Source of the DNA: an uncultured virus (IMG/VR IMGVR_UViG_3300032331_002637)
Lineage: Duplodnaviria > Heunggongvirae > Uroviricota > Caudoviricetes
Reading direction: 5' to 3' (one strand)
Virus record (IMG/VR): IMGVR_UViG_3300032331_002637
Coordinates: 62,001-119,756 of that record
Length of the DNA: 57,756 nucleotides
The notes under the pieces are model-generated. The model was not told the origin of the DNA and did no database searches. It saw nothing but the letters and a program-made list of their open reading frames with translations. How positions within the stretch are numbered: position 1 is the first letter of the stretch; each line of letters starts with the position of its first letter. A program made the position numbers and the translations under genes. Shown here one piece after another: positions 29,382 through 42,047 of this stretch.

Positions 29382-30362
29382 ATGGAAAAGTTACTTACGC
29401 CGAATCCTAGAAGATTCTCATTATTCCCAGTACAAGAACCAGATATCTGGATGATGTACAAAACTGCAGAAGCTTCTTTCTGGACAGCAGAAGAGATTGA
29501 TTTAGCACAAGATATTTCTCATTGGAGAGATAAGCTTAATGATAACGAAAGATATTTTATTAAGAACGTAATTGCTTTCTTTAATAACTCTGATGGGATA
29601 GTTAATGAAAATCTTGCAGCTAACTTTTTCAATCAAGTTCAGTATCCAGAAGCTAGATGCTTTTATGGATTTCAATTAGCTATTGAGAATATACACGGGG
29701 AGGTTTATTCACTTCTTATAGATTCTTACATATCTGATGAGGAAGAGAAAGAACATCTATTTAATGCTATTGATACTGTTCCTGCTGTTAAAAGAAAAGC
29801 AGATTGGGCAATGAAATGGATTGATAATGGAACATTCACTGAGAATATGATTGCATTTGCTGCTGTTGAAGGTATTTTCTTTTCTGGATCTTTCTGTTCT
29901 ATATACTGGCTAAAGAAAAGAGGGCTTATGCCAGGTCTTTGCTTTGCCAATGAATTAATCTCTAGAGACGAAGGTCTACATTGTGATTTTGCTTGTTTAC
30001 TTTACACTAAACACATCGAAAATAAACTTCCAGAGGAAACAGTGAAAGCTATTATTAGTGAAGCTGTAGAGATCGAGAAGGAGTTTGTTACTTCATCTTT
30101 ACCTGTTAGATTAATTGGTATGAACGCTGATCTTATGTGCGAGTATATTGAATTTGTAGCAGATAGGCTTTTAACATCTCTGGGATGTTCTAAAATCTAT
30201 GATACTAAATGTCCTTTTGATTTTATGATAAATATTGCTTTAGAAAACAAAGGAAATTTCTTCGAGGGTAGAGTTGGCTCATATCAGAAATCAGGAGTTA
30301 TGGACAGTACTAAAGATAATGGAAATACAGGAAAAGCTTTTACAATGGATGCGGATTTTTAA
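29382..30362 (+). CDS. nrdB: Ribonucleotide reductase class Ia beta subunit
   Basis: [40 protein letters not shown]. Confidence 0.96.
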   Translation: MEKLLTPNPRRFSLFPVQEPDIWMMYKTAEASFWTAEEIDLAQDISHWRDKLNDNERYFIKNVIAFFNNSDGIVNENLAANFFNQVQYPEARCFYGFQLAIENIHGEVYSLLIDSYISDEEEKEHLFNAIDTVPAVKRKADWAMKWIDNGTFTENMIAFAAVEGIFFSGSFCSIYWLKKRGLMPGLCFANELISRDEGLHCDFACLLYTKHIENKLPEETVKAIISEAVEIEKEFVTSSLPVRLIGMNADLMCEYIEFVADRLLTSLGCSKIYDTKCPFDFMINIALENKGNFFEGRVGSYQKSGVMDSTKDNGNTGKAFTMDADF

Positions 30363-30385
30363 TTTCCAATAACATAGTAATTATT

Positions 30386-32748
<2,363 letters not shown>

Positions 32749-32749
32749 T

Positions 32750-32914
32750 ATGTACGATCACGTATACAGAATAACTGATTACCAAATAGAGGTAGATGGC
32801 GTAATGGAAAACCGTCAAAGAATTCAATATTGGAATAACGAGGAAGATTATCTGATAGAGGAATATTACGGAGCACCGGGGGAAATACGTTCAGGATACA
32901 CCCAAATTCAATAA
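32750..32914 (+). CDS. Small protein (54 aa) coupled to the collagen gene; not in the ORF track
   Basis: MYDHVYRITDYQIEVDGVMENRQRIQYWNNEEDYLIEEYYGAPGEIRSGYTQIQ; starts 1 nt after the collagen stop. Confidence 0.55.
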   Translation: MYDHVYRITDYQIEVDGVMENRQRIQYWNNEEDYLIEEYYGAPGEIRSGYTQIQ

Positions 32915-32943
32915 AAAAAGCGAAATAAATATTATTATTAGTG

Positions 32944-32971
32944 GAAACTAATGGGTTTATTTTTCTATAAT
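32944..32971 (+). promoter_or_regulatory. Putative early/middle promoter GAAAC-N17-TATAAT
   Basis: Recurrent motif upstream of nrdA. Confidence 0.6.
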
Positions 32972-33009
32972 TTTTTACATCAAATAAAATAAATAAAAAT
33001 ATAAAAATA

Positions 33010-35379
33010 ATGGAAGTAACAAAAAGAGACGGAGCTAAAGAAAGAGTTAAGCTTGATAAAATTTTAAATCGTGTTAAGAAGCAATCTTATGGTTTAAATA
33101 TGGATTATATTGAGCCAATGGAAATTGCAAAGAAAGTTATACATGGTTTATATGATGGTATTTCTTCAGTAGAACTTGATACTTTAGCAGCAGAAACAGC
33201 AGCTGCTTTAACTCCTACTCATCCTGACTATTCTATTTTAGCTTCCAGAATATGTGTTACTTCATTACATAAAAGAACTCCTAAAAGTTTTTCAAGTGTG
33301 ATCGATCAGCTTTATAACTATGTTGATCCTAAAACTGGATTAAAAGCTCCAATGATTGCTGATGATGTCTATGATATTATTATGAAGAATTCTAAAGATA
33401 TAGATTCTCAAATTATTGCTGATAGGGATTTAGATTATGATTATTTTGGATTTAAGACTCTGGAAAAATCATATCTTTTAAAGATTGACGGTTTACCAGC
33501 AGAAAGACCACAGCAAATGTTAATGAGAGTTGCTATTGGTATACATAAAGAAGATTTAACTTCTGCTTATAAAACATATGACTTAATGAGTCAAGGTTAC
33601 TTCACACATGCTACACCTACTTTATTTAATGCAGGTACTAGAAGACCTCAGCTTTCTTCTTGTTTCTTAGTTTCAATGGATGGGGATTCAATTCAAGGTA
33701 TTTATAAAACATTAGCGGATGTAGCCCAGATATCTAAAAATGCAGGGGGTATTGGTTTACATATACATAATGTAAGAGGCACAGGAGCTTATATTAGAGG
33801 AACAAATGGTACTTCTAATGGAATTATCCCAATGCTAAAAGTCTTTAATGAGACTGCAAGATACGTAGACCAAGGTGGAGGAAGAAGAAAAGGTTCCTTT
33901 GCTATTTATTTAGAACCTTGGCATTGTGATGTTGAAGACTTCTTAAATCTTAGAAAAAATCACGGTAAAGAAGAGATGAGAGCTAGGGATCTTTTCTTAG
34001 CTTTATGGACCCCGGATTTATTTATGCAAAGAGTTAAAGAAGACGGCGAATGGACTTTATTCTCCCCTGATGAAGCTCCTGGATTAGATGATGTATATGG
34101 AGAAGACTTTGTTAAGATTTATACAAAATATGAATCAGAAGGAAGGGGAAGAAAAACAATTAAAGCTCAAGAACTTTGGTACAAGATTATCGAAGCACAG
34201 ATTGAAACAGGAACTCCTTATATGCTTTATAAGGATGCAGCTAATATAAAATCTAATCAAAAGAATTTAGGAACTATTAAATCTTCAAATCTTTGTACTG
34301 AGATTATGGAGTACTCAGATTCAAAAGAAACTGCAGTTTGTAATTTAGCTTCTATTGCATTACCTAAATTTATTATTCCCGGTAAGAAACCTAAATACGA
34401 TCTTAATGCTCTTAAGGATATAGCTTACACAGCTACAATCAATCTTAATAGAGTGATTGATGTTAACTATTATCCTACTAAAGAAACTAAGACTTCTAAT
34501 ATGAAGCACAGGCCAATTGGTATTGGAGTTCAAGGTCTAGCTGATACGTTTGCTATTCTAAAAATACCCTTTGAATCAGATGAAGCTAAGAATTTAGATA
34601 GAGATATTTTTGAAGCAATCTATTACGGAGCTATGTGTGCATCAGTTGATCTTGCAGAAAAAGAAGGAGCATATCAAACATTTAAAGGATCACCATTATC
34701 TAAAGGACTATTCCAATTTGATTTATGGAACGAATCACCTAGTACAAGATGGGACTGGGAAGAATTAAGAGAAAGAGTTTTAACACATGGAGCTAGAAAC
34801 TCTTTATTGCTTGCTCCTATGCCTACTGCTTCTACAAGTCAGATCTTAGGAAACAACGAATGCTTTGAACCATTTACATCTAATATTTACATCAGAAAAA
34901 CATTATCTGGCGAATTCCCAGTAGTTAATAAGCATCTTGTTAAAGATCTAGTTAAACTTAATATGTGGGATGATAACCTTAGAGATAAGATCATAATCAA
35001 TAACGGATCAGTGCAGGATATTGCAGAAATACCAGACGAGATTAAGATCATTTATAAAACTGCTTGGGAGATGAGTCAGAAGATCATTATAGATCATGCT
35101 GCAGCACGAGCACCTTTTATATGTCAAAGTCAAAGTATGAATCTATTTGTACAAGATGCTAACTTTGCCAAACTTTCTTCCGCACATTTTTATGGATGGG
35201 ATAAAGGACTAAAGACTGGAAGTTATTATATAAGAACTAAAGCTGCTACTACAGCTATAAAAGGTCTAGGTATAGATCTTAGTAGAAATCAAGACATTCC
35301 TAAATCTGAAGATGATAACTATAGCGACTTAGCTTGTAGTATAGACAATCCAGAAGATTGTGAAGCTTGTGGATCATAA
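33010..35379 (+). CDS. nrdA: Ribonucleotide reductase class Ia alpha subunit with ATP cone
   Basis: VTKRDG ATP cone, [42 protein letters not shown]-terminal CEAC. Confidence 0.97.
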   Translation: MEVTKRDGAKERVKLDKILNRVKKQSYGLNMDYIEPMEIAKKVIHGLYDGISSVELDTLAAETAAALTPTHPDYSILASRICVTSLHKRTPKSFSSVIDQLYNYVDPKTGLKAPMIADDVYDIIMKNSKDIDSQIIADRDLDYDYFGFKTLEKSYLLKIDGLPAERPQQMLMRVAIGIHKEDLTSAYKTYDLMSQGYFTHATPTLFNAGTRRPQLSSCFLVSMDGDSIQGIYKTLADVAQISKNAGGIGLHIHNVRGTGAYIRGTNGTSNGIIPMLKVFNETARYVDQGGGRRKGSFAIYLEPWHCDVEDFLNLRKNHGKEEMRARDLFLALWTPDLFMQRVKEDGEWTLFSPDEAPGLDDVYGEDFVKIYTKYESEGRGRKTIKAQELWYKIIEAQIETGTPYMLYKDAANIKSNQKNLGTIKSSNLCTEIMEYSDSKETAVCNLASIALPKFIIPGKKPKYDLNALKDIAYTATINLNRVIDVNYYPTKETKTSNMKHRPIGIGVQGLADTFAILKIPFESDEAKNLDRDIFEAIYYGAMCASVDLAEKEGAYQTFKGSPLSKGLFQFDLWNESPSTRWDWEELRERVLTHGARNSLLLAPMPTASTSQILGNNECFEPFTSNIYIRKTLSGEFPVVNKHLVKDLVKLNMWDDNLRDKIIINNGSVQDIAEIPDEIKIIYKTAWEMSQKIIIDHAAARAPFICQSQSMNLFVQDANFAKLSSAHFYGWDKGLKTGSYYIRTKAATTAIKGLGIDLSRNQDIPKSEDDNYSDLACSIDNPEDCEACGS

Positions 35380-35387
35380 TATTAAAA

Positions 35388-36035
35388 ATGAATAGAACTA
35401 AGAAGCTTAGCAATTTTAAAGAATTCGTAAGAGAATACGGAGACATAGATGGGAAAGAAGATTCTAAAAAAACCCCATGTATAATTTTAGCAGGACCTCC
35501 GGGATGTGGTAAGGGAACACAAGCTAGAATTATAGCCAAAGGTATGAGATGGAAACACATTTCAACTGGGGATATATTAAGGGATTCTGATAATAAAGAG
35601 ATCAAGAAGTTAATGAAAACTGGTAATCTTCTTCCTGATGAGATTGTAGGTAAAGAGCTTATAGATTATCTTAAAAAATTAACTAAACATAGCGATCCTA
35701 AGGGATATATTTTTGACGGATATCCTAGAAATCTTCAACAGAAGTCTATATTTGACGAGATTTGTAGAATTAATAATATCTCATTAGAATATGTTTTCTT
35801 TTTAAATGTCGCAGAGAAGATATTAAGGGAAAGAATAAAAGAAAGAAGTAAATCTTCTGGTAGATCTGATGATAAAAACGAGGAAGCATTCCAAATTAGA
35901 ATGGATGAATATAATGAACAGACGTTACCTATGATAGAATCTATGAGAAACGGAGGAGGCTTTTTGGAAATATCAGGAGAAAATAAATTAGATGATATTA
36001 CTAAGCTGATATTTAATAAAATTAATGAAATTTAA
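35388..36035 (+). CDS. adk: Adenylate kinase with leader-like N-terminal extension
   Basis: GPPGCGKGTQ, HISTGDILR, GYIFDGYPR, short-LID GRSDD. ATG 35388 is preferred over the overlapping GTG at 35367. N-terminus MNRTKKLSNFKEFVRE. Confidence 0.9.
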   Translation: MNRTKKLSNFKEFVREYGDIDGKEDSKKTPCIILAGPPGCGKGTQARIIAKGMRWKHISTGDILRDSDNKEIKKLMKTGNLLPDEIVGKELIDYLKKLTKHSDPKGYIFDGYPRNLQQKSIFDEICRINNISLEYVFFLNVAEKILRERIKERSKSSGRSDDKNEEAFQIRMDEYNEQTLPMIESMRNGGGFLEISGENKLDDITKLIFNKINEI

Positions 36036-36072
36036 TTCCTATTTTATTGTATAATAGTTAAATCTTAAAAAT

Positions 36073-37320
36073 ATGTCAAAATCAAAATCAGAAGAAATAG
36101 TTAAGGCAACTCCTACTATATGTCTTACTATGATCGTTAAAAATGAATCTAAAGTCATAAGGAAATGTATAGATTCAGTTAGAGATTATATTAGTTATTG
36201 GGTTATTGTTGATACTGGATCAACCGACGGAACTCAGGATCTTATTAAAGAAATAATGGCCGAATATGGTATTCCTGGAGAATTACACGAAAGACCATGG
36301 GTAGATTTTGGATATAATAGAACAGAAAATCTTAAACTTGCCAAAGACAAATCTGACTATAGACTTATTATAGATGCTGATGATGTGTTATTCGTAGAGA
36401 ACGGAGAAAATCCATTTATTAACCTAACTGAAGACTTCTATAAGATTAAATTAAGATTGGGAAGTCTGGCATATTATAGAACACAAGTAATTAGAGGAGA
36501 TCAAGATTGGAAATATATTGGTGTACTTCATGAATATCTTTCTGGACCTGAAGGAATAGATCTAACCGAAGAATTTTTACCCGAAGGTGTTGAAATGCAC
36601 GCAGCAGTATCCGGGCATAATAGAGATATCAAAGGGAAAGATAAGTATTACAATGATGCTTTAATATTTGAAAAGGCCATTATAACTACACCTAAGGAGG
36701 AACTTCCTATTGATTTAGAAAGAAGATATGTTTTTTATATGGCTCAAAGTTATAGAGATGCTGGAATGCACGAAAGATCTATAGAAGCTTATCAAAGAAG
36801 AGTAGATCTAGGTGGATGGGCAGAAGAGGTTTACGTCTCTAAATATTGGATTGCTAGACAGAAACACTCATTAAACAAATCAGACGAGGAGATTATTGAT
36901 GCTTATTTAAAAGCTTGGGAATATAGACCTAATAGACTTGAATCCCTTTATCATTTAATAAAATTCTTAGGAAGTAAAAAAAGATATGCTTTGGCTTTTG
37001 CTCTAGCTGCTGTTGGAATGAAAACAGGATCTTGCTCAGATATTCTTTTCGTTGAAGATGAGATCTGGAAATGGAGAATGCCTGATGAATATTCAGTATT
37101 GGCTTATTATAATGGAAATGCAGAGGAAGCACACAAAGTAACCACAATAATTATTAATTCCCCTCTATTTGATAAGATTTCTCCTAACGAACAAGAAAGA
37201 ATCAGAAAGAATATGGAATTCTATAGTAAAGCTATTACAAAAGCTACAGAACCTACAGAACCTACAGAACTTATAGAAGCTACAGAAGATGTAGAAGCTA
37301 CAGAAGAAGTTAAAAACTAG
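36073..37320 (+). CDS. GT2 glycosyltransferase with TPR-like C-terminal region
   Basis: MIVKNES, VDTGSTDGT, IIDADD, GVLHE, followed by helical repeats (YVFYMAQSYRD...). Confidence 0.88.
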   Translation: MSKSKSEEIVKATPTICLTMIVKNESKVIRKCIDSVRDYISYWVIVDTGSTDGTQDLIKEIMAEYGIPGELHERPWVDFGYNRTENLKLAKDKSDYRLIIDADDVLFVENGENPFINLTEDFYKIKLRLGSLAYYRTQVIRGDQDWKYIGVLHEYLSGPEGIDLTEEFLPEGVEMHAAVSGHNRDIKGKDKYYNDALIFEKAIITTPKEELPIDLERRYVFYMAQSYRDAGMHERSIEAYQRRVDLGGWAEEVYVSKYWIARQKHSLNKSDEEIIDAYLKAWEYRPNRLESLYHLIKFLGSKKRYALAFALAAVGMKTGSCSDILFVEDEIWKWRMPDEYSVLAYYNGNAEEAHKVTTIIINSPLFDKISPNEQERIRKNMEFYSKAITKATEPTEPTELIEATEDVEATEEVKN

Positions 37321-37338
37321 GAATTAGTGAGGACGGAA

Positions 37339-37346
37339 GATATATA
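37339..37346 (+). promoter_or_regulatory. Putative late promoter GATATATA
   Basis: Upstream of ATG 37363. Confidence 0.6.
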
Positions 37347-37362
37347 ACATAAAAGTTATATC

Positions 37363-37848
37363 ATGAGAATTTTAAAATTTTCCGAATTCCTTAATGAGCA
37401 ATCAGTTTATAATACAGGAGTCCCTTTATACAGAGGCACAAGTTTTGAGCCAGAAAGAACTATTAAAAGAAATCAATTAATTTCTGAATTAAGAAGTCTT
37501 TTAACTCAAGTAATGAATGGTACTCTTTCCGAAATATCTTTAGTAGCAGAAATACCTACACAAGGTAAAAATGCTCCACAATATTTAAAAGATATTTATT
37601 CTGAAATGGGATACAATCCAGGTAAAGATATGGAAGATGAGTACGATGAAGAAAACGACACTTATCTTGGTAACAGAGACAGAACTGGAGATGAACCATC
37701 TACAAACATATTTGTAGATTCTGAATTTTTAGTTAAAGATGTAGATGAAGCTAGAAATGTTATTATAGCAATTCCTTATTCATTAAAAAAGAAAAACATC
37801 TTAGTTGAACTTACTCCAGAAATGATTGATGAAGCATTCATTAAATAA
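37363..37848 (+). CDS. Hypothetical protein with leader
   Basis: N-terminus MRILKFSEFLNE. Confidence 0.65.
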   Translation: MRILKFSEFLNEQSVYNTGVPLYRGTSFEPERTIKRNQLISELRSLLTQVMNGTLSEISLVAEIPTQGKNAPQYLKDIYSEMGYNPGKDMEDEYDEENDTYLGNRDRTGDEPSTNIFVDSEFLVKDVDEARNVIIAIPYSLKKKNILVELTPEMIDEAFIK

Positions 37849-37854
37849 TTAATT

Positions 37855-38214
37855 ATGGAATACGAAGATTTTCATTTAGTAAAAATCGGGGACCATACTT
37901 TTGTTTTAGAACAATGTAAAGATTTTTCAAAGGGACTTTCCAATAGAGAGCATCTTCTCGAAAATGAGGGGATGCTTTTTAATTTTAAAGAATCTGGTCC
38001 TAAAAGCTTTCATATGAAAGATTGTTATCTACCTCTTGATATTCTATTCATAAAAGAAGGCAAAATCCAAAAAATTTATCACAATTGTAGTCCATGCGAA
38101 ACTGATGAGTGTCAAAAATTTGAACATGATTCCGCAGATACTATTATTGAACTCCTAGGAGGCACATGTGAGAGCAATAATATTAGCGAAGGACTAATCT
38201 ACAGACTGATGTAG
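37855..38214 (+). CDS. DUF192-family protein
   Basis: KGLSNREHL...GMLF...FHMKDCYLPLDILFI...IIELLGG. Confidence 0.8.
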   Translation: MEYEDFHLVKIGDHTFVLEQCKDFSKGLSNREHLLENEGMLFNFKESGPKSFHMKDCYLPLDILFIKEGKIQKIYHNCSPCETDECQKFEHDSADTIIELLGGTCESNNISEGLIYRLM

Positions 38215-38243
38215 GAAACTTTTCCCTCTTTTACTGTTAAAAT
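38215..38243 (+). promoter_or_regulatory. Putative early/middle promoter GAAAC-N18-TAAAAT
   Basis: Recurrent motif upstream of the topoisomerase B-type gene. Confidence 0.5.
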
Positions 38244-38288
38244 ATATGTTACTAAGGTAAATTGTATTTTATAAAAATTAAATCTTGA

Positions 38289-40076
38289 ATGTCATCTAAC
38301 AAAGAAATTAAAGTATTATCAGAGAGGGAGCACATCCTATTAAGACCAACCGTTTATGTTGGGAGCGTTAAACCAACAGACGAGAAAGTACCAGTGATTC
38401 GCGATAGCCGTGTTTTTGTTGAGTCTAAGACCATATCAGTTGGAATGTATAAGTTATTTGATGAGGTATTCTCTAACTCATTAGACGAAGCTAAACGAAT
38501 GAATGGCAAGATGAAGAAAATCACTATAGCTATTGATTCTAAAAGCAATTCCGTTTCTGTTAAAGATTCTGGTAATGGATTTTATAAAGGTACGGAGATT
38601 AATAAGATAAGTGAAAAATCTAATATCGAAACTGCAGTATCACAATTAAGAGCAGGATCAAATTTCGAGAATGATGATGTTGAAGAATCACTAGTGGGTA
38701 CTAATGGTATGGGTGTCAGCTTAGTTAATGTACTTTCTAAATATTTCAGTATCGAAACAGTAAATGATAAATTCTATTACTTTCAGGAATGGAAAAATTA
38801 CGAGGGTAAAGATCCTAAGGTCTCTAAGAGATCGTCTGATATGAAAACTGGTACTTCAGTTACATTCACACCTCTTTCTGAAACATTTGGATATTCTAAA
38901 TGGGACAAAGAAGTTCTTTCATCTATACTTATTCTAAAATACGATCTAATCAAAAGAGACCCGATTATAGGTAAACTTGAAATAGAATTATCTTGGGACG
39001 GGGAGTCAATAGATCTATCTCCTGAATTTTTACCACAGGATTCTTTTAAGATTAATACAGAGATAGGTCAGATAACAATATGGGAAAAGTATGAAGGATC
39101 AGGATCATTAAGCTTTGTTAACTCCGCTCTTTGTTCTGGAATACACCAGAAGATATTTAATGACTTTGTAAACACAAAATTAGAAGACACATTAGGTCAT
39201 CACTTTTATGATTGTCTAATTGTGCTAAATCTTCCACCTAAGTATGTTAAATTCGGAGATCAGAATAAAACTAGATTTGTTACAACAAGGGAAGAGATTG
39301 ATAATTTACTGATGAATAAATTTGGAGCTAAGTTGCAAGGACTTTTTAAAACTGAAATATTTGAAAGAATAGCAAAGAAAGTTGAAGAGAGAAAGAATGA
39401 TGGATACGTAAAAAAACTTAGAGCAGAGAAAAGAAAAGTAAATCTTAAACATTCACACAAGTACTTTCCTGCACAAAAAGCTATTGCAGAAAATCTATTT
39501 ATAGTTGAAGGACTTTCTGCTATGGGATCTATATTACAAAAAAGAAATCCTAAGGAAGATGGAGTTTATGCTCTAAAAGGCAAGATAAAGAATTGTAAAA
39601 ATATTGGAGATCTTTCAGATAACAAAGAGATTCTTGAACTAATGCACATTCTAGGATTAGATCCCACTTCTAGAAACAACGAAATAATAGGATACAAAAG
39701 AATAGTTATTGCTACTGACCCGGATCCTGATGGATCGCATATCACATCTTTATTAATAAATCTTTTTTATAAATGGTTTCCTACTGTTATTAAAAATAAA
39801 AGGTTAAGTTCATTAAAAATCCCTCTTGTTTCTGTAGGTGATGGAAAGAAAAGAAAATACTATTGGGACATGGATGATTTTAAAACTGCTAAGCCCACTG
39901 GTAATGTTAGATACTTAAAAGGATTAGGTTCTCTTTCTTTAGAAGATTGGGAATGGGTAATGAATAGAAAAGATTTTGTTGGAATAGATGAAAATTCAGA
40001 TAGTAAGGAAAAACTAGAAATGGCATTTGGTGATTCTTCTGAGGCTCGAAAAAAATGGTTATCTAATATTAAATAG
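38289..40076 (+). CDS. Type IIA topoisomerase ATPase/TOPRIM subunit (T4 gp39+60, GyrB-like)
   Basis: EHILLRPTVYVGS, EVFSNSLDE, GTNGMG, VEGLSA, LKGKI, TDPDPDGSHI, YLKGLGS. Confidence 0.93.
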   Translation: MSSNKEIKVLSEREHILLRPTVYVGSVKPTDEKVPVIRDSRVFVESKTISVGMYKLFDEVFSNSLDEAKRMNGKMKKITIAIDSKSNSVSVKDSGNGFYKGTEINKISEKSNIETAVSQLRAGSNFENDDVEESLVGTNGMGVSLVNVLSKYFSIETVNDKFYYFQEWKNYEGKDPKVSKRSSDMKTGTSVTFTPLSETFGYSKWDKEVLSSILILKYDLIKRDPIIGKLEIELSWDGESIDLSPEFLPQDSFKINTEIGQITIWEKYEGSGSLSFVNSALCSGIHQKIFNDFVNTKLEDTLGHHFYDCLIVLNLPPKYVKFGDQNKTRFVTTREEIDNLLMNKFGAKLQGLFKTEIFERIAKKVEERKNDGYVKKLRAEKRKVNLKHSHKYFPAQKAIAENLFIVEGLSAMGSILQKRNPKEDGVYALKGKIKNCKNIGDLSDNKEILELMHILGLDPTSRNNEIIGYKRIVIATDPDPDGSHITSLLINLFYKWFPTVIKNKRLSSLKIPLVSVGDGKKRKYYWDMDDFKTAKPTGNVRYLKGLGSLSLEDWEWVMNRKDFVGIDENSDSKEKLEMAFGDSSEARKKWLSNIK

Positions 40077-40083
40077 ATATATA
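40076..40083 (+). promoter_or_regulatory. Putative late promoter GATATATA
   Basis: Overlaps the topoisomerase stop codon, 5 nt before ATG 40089. Confidence 0.5.
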
Positions 40084-40088
40084 CTTTA

Positions 40089-40841
40089 ATGATTTTAAGA
40101 TTAAGCGATTTTGTTAATGAGCAGGATTCGAATATTCCTGATGGAAGCGAGGGAACTCAAGCTCCCGTTAAGAGCTATGCAGGTAAACTAAAAATAAACT
40201 GGGATATGCCAGACCTTGCTGAGGAAATATCTCATTATGACGATAAAGCTAAATTGGAATTCTACCAGCATAATATTACTATTGGTAATAAAGATATAGG
40301 TAAAGTTGCTGCTAGATCCACCAAGTTTTTTAAATATATTAATGAGCCATTTAAAAAAGGACACATGGAAACAATTCCTATTGTTTCTGAGGATGGATTT
40401 GATGTTAATAGTATTCAGAATTTAATGGCTTATGAGTTTGATAACATCATTGCTGGAGCATACGGTAGATCTTACGGAGATGTTCTAATAAAAATATCAG
40501 ATGATCTTAAAAGAAAAGGCACTTTATCATTGCCTGCTCCTATTGTGATTAAATTTATAAATTTTGGAGAGACAAGAACATCTTCAGAATACAGCTATTA
40601 TCTTTTTTCTGGTAATAGAATAGCTAACTTAGCATTACAATATAATATTCCACTAAGAGCTTTAGTATTAGATTTAGTTCCTTCAAGAAGAGACGTTAGA
40701 GAATTTGCACAAAAATCGGGTGCTACTACAGATCCGGTTAAATTCAAAAAGCTTCTTAGAAGAGAAACTGGTAAAGAAACTCTTGACGATCTTAATGCTA
40801 GAGAAAGATTTAAAATTATACAATCTCTTAAAGATTTCTAA
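40089..40841 (+). CDS. Hypothetical protein with leader; weak ParB/Srx-like segment
   Basis: N-terminus MILRLSDFVNE; PAPIVI...YLFSGNR. Confidence 0.55.
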   Translation: MILRLSDFVNEQDSNIPDGSEGTQAPVKSYAGKLKINWDMPDLAEEISHYDDKAKLEFYQHNITIGNKDIGKVAARSTKFFKYINEPFKKGHMETIPIVSEDGFDVNSIQNLMAYEFDNIIAGAYGRSYGDVLIKISDDLKRKGTLSLPAPIVIKFINFGETRTSSEYSYYLFSGNRIANLALQYNIPLRALVLDLVPSRRDVREFAQKSGATTDPVKFKKLLRRETGKETLDDLNARERFKIIQSLKDF

Positions 40842-40904
40842 TTCATTTAGAAAAAACTCTGGAATCATCTGAGGCCCTATTTAATTTGTAGATATATTTG
40901 TAGT

Positions 40905-41828
40905 ATGGTATACAAAAATAATATGGGATATTGTTGTATATGCCTTTCTTTAGATAAGGAAGGTGTTACTACAAATAGAGGAATGGTTAAAAAAACATTT
41001 ATTAGAGAAGGATTAAAGTATGTTTCTGAGCTAGCTTTAAAAAACACTAGCGATTTAATTCGTATAATCAAATTCAATTCTGATAATTCAATAAAAATGT
41101 ATAGAATAAGTTCTGATATGTTTCCTTGGATGTCTGAATATGAAATAGACGATCTTCCTGATATAAAAGAGATATTAAATAACCTAGAGGAAGCTGGTAG
41201 AATAGCAAAAGAAGCTGGACAAAGACTTAGCTTCCATCCATCACATTTTTGTGTGATTGCTTCACTAAATCCTGAGGTTGTTACAAAATCTGTAAAAGAG
41301 CTTAGACAGCATGCAGAAATTATGGACAAAATGGGATTAGAAAGAAGCTATAAATATCCTATAAATATACACATCAATACAACTAAGCCATCCAAAGAAG
41401 AATCTGCTGAAAGATTCATAAAAGAATATAATAAATTACCAGATACTGTTAAATCTAGATTAGTACTCGAGAATGATGACAAAAAAAGTCAATTCACACC
41501 AACGGATCTTTACACCTTGATATATAAAAGAATAGGAGTACCTATTACTTATGATTATTTACATCATAAATGTAATCCGGACGAATTATCCGAAATGGAA
41601 GCTTTGGAACTTTGTATATCTACTTGGCCAGAAAATATACCAGCTCTAACTCACTTTTCGGATTCGAGAAAGCTTTTTGAAGATTCTAGTGTTAAAGATG
41701 TAGCACACTCCGATTGGATATGGAGTAAAATAGAAACTTATGGGAAAGTTTTTGATATAGAATTAGAAGTAAAGATGAAAGATCTTGCTCTATTAAAATA
41801 TTTAGATAAATGGAAGAATCAGATTTAA
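40905..41828 (+). CDS. uvsE: UV damage endonuclease UvsE/UVDE
   Basis: MGYCC, YRISSDMFP, LSFHPSHF, NIH, LENDD, YDYLHH, HSD, LEVKMKD. Confidence 0.92.
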   Translation: MVYKNNMGYCCICLSLDKEGVTTNRGMVKKTFIREGLKYVSELALKNTSDLIRIIKFNSDNSIKMYRISSDMFPWMSEYEIDDLPDIKEILNNLEEAGRIAKEAGQRLSFHPSHFCVIASLNPEVVTKSVKELRQHAEIMDKMGLERSYKYPINIHINTTKPSKEESAERFIKEYNKLPDTVKSRLVLENDDKKSQFTPTDLYTLIYKRIGVPITYDYLHHKCNPDELSEMEALELCISTWPENIPALTHFSDSRKLFEDSSVKDVAHSDWIWSKIETYGKVFDIELEVKMKDLALLKYLDKWKNQI

Positions 41829-42016
41829 CAAACAAAAAATGGATCCCAGAGAATGAGCTTTATTTATTAAGTGTATCTGAAGGGATAATAGAAAATTATC
41901 CCGATATAGATCTCGAAAAAGAACTAGGGGAGCTAGGATACATTATCGAAGATTTAATACAGCCAGAGAAAATTAAAATCTTCATGGAAAGACTCCAGGA
42001 AAAATATCCAGATTAA
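41810..42016 (+). CDS. Hypothetical protein
   Basis: 68-aa acidic ORF overlapping the end of uvsE. Confidence 0.5.
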   Translation: MEESDLTNKKWIPENELYLLSVSEGIIENYPDIDLEKELGELGYIIEDLIQPEKIKIFMERLQEKYPD

Positions 42017-42047
42017 TGGTATTTATTATTGGGATTAAAAAATAGAG

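Noticed and set aside
32915..33009. Intergenic gaps examined for tRNA or structured ncRNA
   Set aside because: The gaps are short and AT-rich, explained by promoter motifs and small ORFs; no cloverleaf or strong structure was seen.
37243..37308. 9-bp repeats (ctacagaa) at the 3' end of the glycosyltransferase gene
   Set aside because: They encode a low-complexity ATE/PTE tail, with no sign of a separate element.
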